From assembly GCA_050738795.1 (NCBI GenBank), contig JBOIAD010000113.1:131-64130 (forward strand): 64,000 bases of DNA. The letters are read 5' to 3'. Every line of letters begins with the position of its first letter. The first letter of the stretch is position 1. Made by a program: the position numbers and the translations under genes. This DNA is from Steroidobacteraceae bacterium. Lineage in GTDB: Bacteria > Pseudomonadota > Gammaproteobacteria > Steroidobacterales > Steroidobacteraceae. Under the pieces are notes generated by a model. The model did not search any database and was not told the DNA's origin. It saw only the letters and a program-made list of their open reading frames with translations. This document shows, one piece after another, positions 60,528-64,000 of this stretch.

Positions 60528-62303
60528 TCACTCCGACTTGGCCTCGTCGGCCTCGAACAGCTTCTCGAGCTGCTGGGCGGCCTCGCGCGAGGCGGCGAGG
60601 AACTTGGTCTCGTCCTCCTTGACCGCGTACTGGGCCTCGAGCGTCGCTTCGTCGTGCTGGCGGAATTTGCGCACCGCGGCGCGAGCGCTGGCGGTCGCCT
60701 CGCCAAGTGTTTCAAGAACCGTTGCAGCCATCTCCAGGCTCGAGACGTACGTCTCGCGGATGATGTAACGCACACCCAGGTCCTTCAGCGCAAATGCATG
60801 CTGACGATTGCGGGCACGGGCCAGGATCTTGAGCCGCGGGAATTGCTCGCGAACGAGTTCCGCGGCGCGGACTGACGCGTCGACGTCGTCGATCGCAAGC
60901 ACGAAGACCGCGGCAGTCTCCGCACCCGCTGCACGTAGCAGATCAAGACGCGAAGCATCTCCGTAGTACACCTTGTTTCCGAATTTACGCACGAAGTCCA
61001 CGTGGGTCTGGTTGGAGTCGAGGGCTGTAAAGGCAATGCGTCGGGCACGCAGAACACGTGCCACGATCTGACCGAAGCGACCGAAGCCCGCGATGATCAC
61101 CCGGTTCTCGCCTTCGTCGATACCATCGAAGGGACGCTGCGGCTCCGCACCCCAACGATCCAGCAACTCGTCGTGCAGAATCAGCAGCAGCGGGCCGAGC
61201 ATCATCGAGAGGGTCACGGCCAGGATCAACAGGTCGGCCGTCCCGCTGTCTACGAGGTGCTCGCGTGCCGAGAGCGTGAACAGCACGAATGCGAATTCGC
61301 CGCCGGCCGGCAGTGTGAAGCCCAGTTTCCACGCCGAGCGGCCGGACTGGCCGCTCGCCCTGCCCAGCGCCGTCACCGCCAGGAGCTTGATCGCGATAAA
61401 TCCGGCGGTCACCAGCAGAACCTTCCACGGCTCCGACAGCAGCAGCCCGAGATTCGCGGCCATGCCCACCGCAACGAAGAAGAGGCCGAGCAGCAGGCCC
61501 TTGAAAGGCTCCAGGTCCGCCTCGAGCTCGTGGCGGAATTCGCTGTCCGCGAGCAGCACACCGGCCAGGAAGGCTCCGAGGGACATCGACAACCCCGCCA
61601 GGTTGGCCAGCAGGGCCGTCCCGATGACCGTAAGCAATGCCGCAGCGGTGAATACCTCCGACACCTTGAGCCGCGCAACGACGCGCAATGCCGGCCGGAG
61701 AATCAACCGTCCGCCGATGACGATCGCCGCCATTACCACGAGCAGCTTGGCCAGCGTAAGCCATCCCATGCCGCTCGGGACCGCTGCGCGGGAAGTCCGG
61801 GATAACAGCGGCAGCGCTGCAAGGACGGGGAGCACGGCAAGATCCTGAAACAGCAGGATGCCAAAGGCCGCCCGCCCATGCGGGCTCTTGAGCTGCGTGC
61901 GCTCTGCGAGGAGCTGCAACACGAGGGGCGTCGAGGACAGGGAGAGGCCGAAGCCCACGATCAGCGCGGCGGCCGGTGCCAGACCGAGCATCCATCCCGC
62001 AGCGCCGAGCAGCAGCGCGCACACGAGCACCTGTGCGATGCCCATCCCGAAGACGATCCGCCGCATCACCCAAAGACGGGTGGGCTGCAATTCCAGCCCG
62101 ATGATGAACAGCAGCAGCACGATGCCGAATTCCGCGAAGCTCATGATGCTCGGGACGTCGTGGACCAGGCGAAAGCCCCAGGGACCGATGACCATGCCGG
62201 CCGCCAGGTAACCGAGGATCGAGCTCAGCCTGAGGAGACGGAACACGGACACCGCCAGGACGGCGGCGCCGAGCAGAACGGCGGTTTGAGCGAGTGAGAT
62301 CAT
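60528..62303 (-). CDS. CPA2 family monovalent cation:proton antiporter with RCK/TrkA-N domain (KefB/KefC-like)
   Basis: About 12 TM helices: LGYLAAGMVIGPWG, EFGIVLLLFIIGLEL. RCK Rossmann motif: VIIAGFGRFGQIVARVL. Confidence 0.9.
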   Translation of the reverse strand: MISLAQTAVLLGAAVLAVSVFRLLRLSSILGYLAAGMVIGPWGFRLVHDVPSIMSFAEFGIVLLLFIIGLELQPTRLWVMRRIVFGMGIAQVLVCALLLGAAGWMLGLAPAAALIVGFGLSLSSTPLVLQLLAERTQLKSPHGRAAFGILLFQDLAVLPVLAALPLLSRTSRAAVPSGMGWLTLAKLLVVMAAIVIGGRLILRPALRVVARLKVSEVFTAAALLTVIGTALLANLAGLSMSLGAFLAGVLLADSEFRHELEADLEPFKGLLLGLFFVAVGMAANLGLLLSEPWKVLLVTAGFIAIKLLAVTALGRASGQSGRSAWKLGFTLPAGGEFAFVLFTLSAREHLVDSGTADLLILAVTLSMMLGPLLLILHDELLDRWGAEPQRPFDGIDEGENRVIIAGFGRFGQIVARVLRARRIAFTALDSNQTHVDFVRKFGNKVYYGDASRLDLLRAAGAETAAVFVLAIDDVDASVRAAELVREQFPRLKILARARNRQHAFALKDLGVRYIIRETYVSSLEMAATVLETLGEATASARAAVRKFRQHDEATLEAQYAVKEDETKFLAASREAAQQLEKLFEADEAKSE

Positions 62304-62448
62304 GATTCCCTACCCTGCGCTGCGCGCAACTTTCCCGCGGGTTCGCGGAAGACGCCGCAAGGAGTCGCGGCGCGTGCGCCTGGAGATTGTCGCAGGAATC
62401 GGGGCGTCCAATGGGGTCGCTTGAGTTCTGCGGCTGCGGCCCCATGCC

Positions 62449-63435
62449 TTGCCTCCTATGTTGGACGAGAACGATTCCTCCCCCGGAGGCAGCAGTCTTC
62501 CGGACGAGGTACTGGACGCGTATTCACAGGCGGTCGTCGGTGCCGTCGAGCACGTCGGTGCCGCCGTAGTAAGCGTCTATGTAGGGGGTGCAGGCGAAGC
62601 GGCGCGAGCGCGCGGTGGTGCCGGATCCGGTGTAGTCGTGACTCCAGACGGCTACGTATTGACCAACGAGCATGTCGTTCAGGGAGTCCAGGACGCCCGC
62701 GTCGCTTTCGTGGACGGTCGCAGTGTCCCCGCAATAGTCGTCGGTCGCGATCCCGCAACCGACCTCGCAGTGCTACGAGCCCAGGCGGGAGCGCTTCCGT
62801 ACGCGCGCCTCGCAAGTGCACCGCCTCCTCGCGTCGGACAACTGGTCGTCGCCGTGGGAAACCCCTTCGGGTTCGAGTCAACGGTTTCCGCTGGCGTGGT
62901 CAGTGCCTTGGGTCGTTCACTCCGAAGTCGGCATGGACGTCTCATCGAAGGGGTTGTCCAGCATACCGCGGCACTCAATCCGGGTAATTCTGGCGGGCCG
63001 CTCGTCGATTCGAGGGGACGGGTCGTAGGCGTCAACACCGCAATCATCGCAATGGCGCAAGGGATCGGATTCGCCGTACCGGCCGCCACCGCCCAGTGGG
63101 TTCTGACGGAGATCCTTACACAGGGACGCGTGCGGCGAGCCTACCTCGGTGTGACAGTGCGCGATCGTCCGCTGGATCTTCGTCTGGTCCGCGCGCTCAA
63201 TTTGCCTGTGACGCGTGCGATTGAGATTACGAGCCGCGATGAGCAGGGTCCCGCCGCTCGATCTGACCTGCATTCCGGTGACCTGATCGTGGCTGTGAAC
63301 GAGGCGCCGGTTGACGGGATCGATGCGCTGCACCAGCAGCTCAGTCGCTGGCAGGTGGGTACGGCGCTCACCCTCCACATCGTCCGGCGCACTCAGAGTT
63401 TGAAGGTCTCGCTGACGCCTCGCGACCCAGGCTGA
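62449..63435 (+). CDS. S1C (HtrA/DegP-like) trypsin-fold serine peptidase with one PDZ domain and no signal peptide
   Basis: Triad contexts: [24 protein letters not shown]: GVTVRD...[18 protein letters not shown] at 62449 or ATG at 62458. Codon usage is visibly less GC3-biased than its neighbours. Confidence 0.85.
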   Translation: MPPMLDENDSSPGGSSLPDEVLDAYSQAVVGAVEHVGAAVVSVYVGGAGEAARARGGAGSGVVVTPDGYVLTNEHVVQGVQDARVAFVDGRSVPAIVVGRDPATDLAVLRAQAGALPYARLASAPPPRVGQLVVAVGNPFGFESTVSAGVVSALGRSLRSRHGRLIEGVVQHTAALNPGNSGGPLVDSRGRVVGVNTAIIAMAQGIGFAVPAATAQWVLTEILTQGRVRRAYLGVTVRDRPLDLRLVRALNLPVTRAIEITSRDEQGPAARSDLHSGDLIVAVNEAPVDGIDALHQQLSRWQVGTALTLHIVRRTQSLKVSLTPRDPG

Positions 63436-63575
63436 TTGCAGTCAGCGCCGCGGGAGGCGGTAGCCGCCTGCACGAGCTCGCCCCGGCCTGGGGCGACGGC
63501 GATGGATCCGAGTGGGCCGCGGACGGGCATTCGGTGCAATCGGCTGCTCGAAGGGCATGGGATCCAATCGGCTGC

Positions 63576-63603
63576 TTGAAAGCGTTTCTTGGGCCGGTAT
63601 TAT
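63576..63603 (+). promoter_or_regulatory. Putative sigma70 promoter upstream of gltB
   Basis: -35 TTGAAA (63576-63581), 16-nt spacer, -10 TATTAT (63598-63603). About 200 nt upstream of the gltB ATG. Confidence 0.4.
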
Positions 63604-63806
63604 CGGAGCATTGTGAAGGTGTAGACAGGCGACCGAAGCGCGGGCTGCAAGGCCTCCTGACCCGTGCGATCTCGACTGCTTTCCCGCGGGCGGCGAACCT
63701 CGGCGGGTCTCCTGACCGAAAGATTTCCGATCGGGCCGTTGCAGGATGTGACCTGCCGCGGAAGTGCGCGCACGCGCGGCTTTTCTGCACAAGACGCTAC
63801 GAGGCC

Positions 63807-64000
63807 ATGACGATGAGCTGTGCCGACACGGGACTCTATAAGGCAGCCTACGAACGCGACAGTTGCGGCTTTGGCCTGATCGCCAATCTCGACGACCAGC
63901 CAAGCCACTGGCTGATCCAGACCGCGATTATCTCTCTCAACCGGCTGACCCACCGTGGTGCGATAGCCGGCGACGGCAAGACCGGGGACGGCTGCGGGCT
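63807..64000 (+). CDS. gltB: Glutamate synthase large subunit, 5' fragment truncated by the window end
   Basis: My own translation from ATG 63807 gives [64 protein letters not shown]. This is the Ntn-amidotransferase N-terminus (CGFG...LTHRGA...GDG.G). It is absent from the ORF track because it is open-ended. Confidence 0.85.
   Translation, partial: MTMSCADTGLYKAAYERDSCGFGLIANLDDQPSHWLIQTAIISLNRLTHRGAIAGDGKTGDGCG

Noticed and set aside
60985-62445. 486-aa minus-strand ORF in an alternative frame of the KefB/C-like gene
   Set aside because: It is on the same strand but out of frame with a 12-TM antiporter sequence. Its translation is extremely Arg/Gly/Pro-rich.

Overview
GC-rich chromosomal segment with strong GC3 bias. 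Gene content looks beta/gamma-proteobacterial: argS-SPOR, priA, pntAA-pntAB-pntB, acs, hemH, gabD, gshA, cbpA-cbpM, a KefB/C-like antiporter and the 5' end of gltB. I can support about 57 protein-coding genes. I saw no rRNA, tRNA, CRISPR array, transposase, integrase or phage genes. Many long ORFs in the six-frame track are antisense shadows of real genes, or N-terminal over-extensions, as expected at high GC. I re-anchored starts where a conserved N-terminus and an in-frame start codon agree. Main points of interest follow. (1) 18066-24873 (minus strand): a five-gene envelope module made of a lipoprotein TPR-CHAT (caspase-like) protease, a small secreted protein, a secreted S8 subtilase, an ECF sigma factor (start overlaps the S8 stop) and a zinc-finger anti-sigma factor. 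No cas genes are nearby. It looks like a CRISPR-independent, periplasmic protease-gated sigma switch. (2) 55481-55593: a textbook sigma54 -24/-12 promoter, followed by an ~85-nt two-hairpin transcript with repeated C/U-rich loops and a strong intrinsic terminator. This is a candidate sigma54-dependent sRNA. (3) Two families of structured intergenic repeats, both showing compensatory stem changes. One is a ~70-bp palindromic element, which supplies a stop codon and possibly a start codon to flanking genes. The other is a double-hairpin module. (4) Acetyl-CoA synthetase carries a ~92-residue histone-H1/SPKK-like polybasic tail. (5) 39644-45146: a cluster of radical-SAM/Cys-rich protein, two transferases, TVP38, a MerA-like flavoprotein and MTAP, resembling the rSAM/selenodomain (arsenosugar ArsS-type) neighbourhood but divergent and without arsM in the window. 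(6) Several signalling oddities: an NtrX-like regulator with degenerate Walker A, Walker B and GAFTGA motifs; a REC-TM-periplasmic-domain protein; and a REC-PAS-GAF protein with a degenerate GGDEF and an intact EAL.
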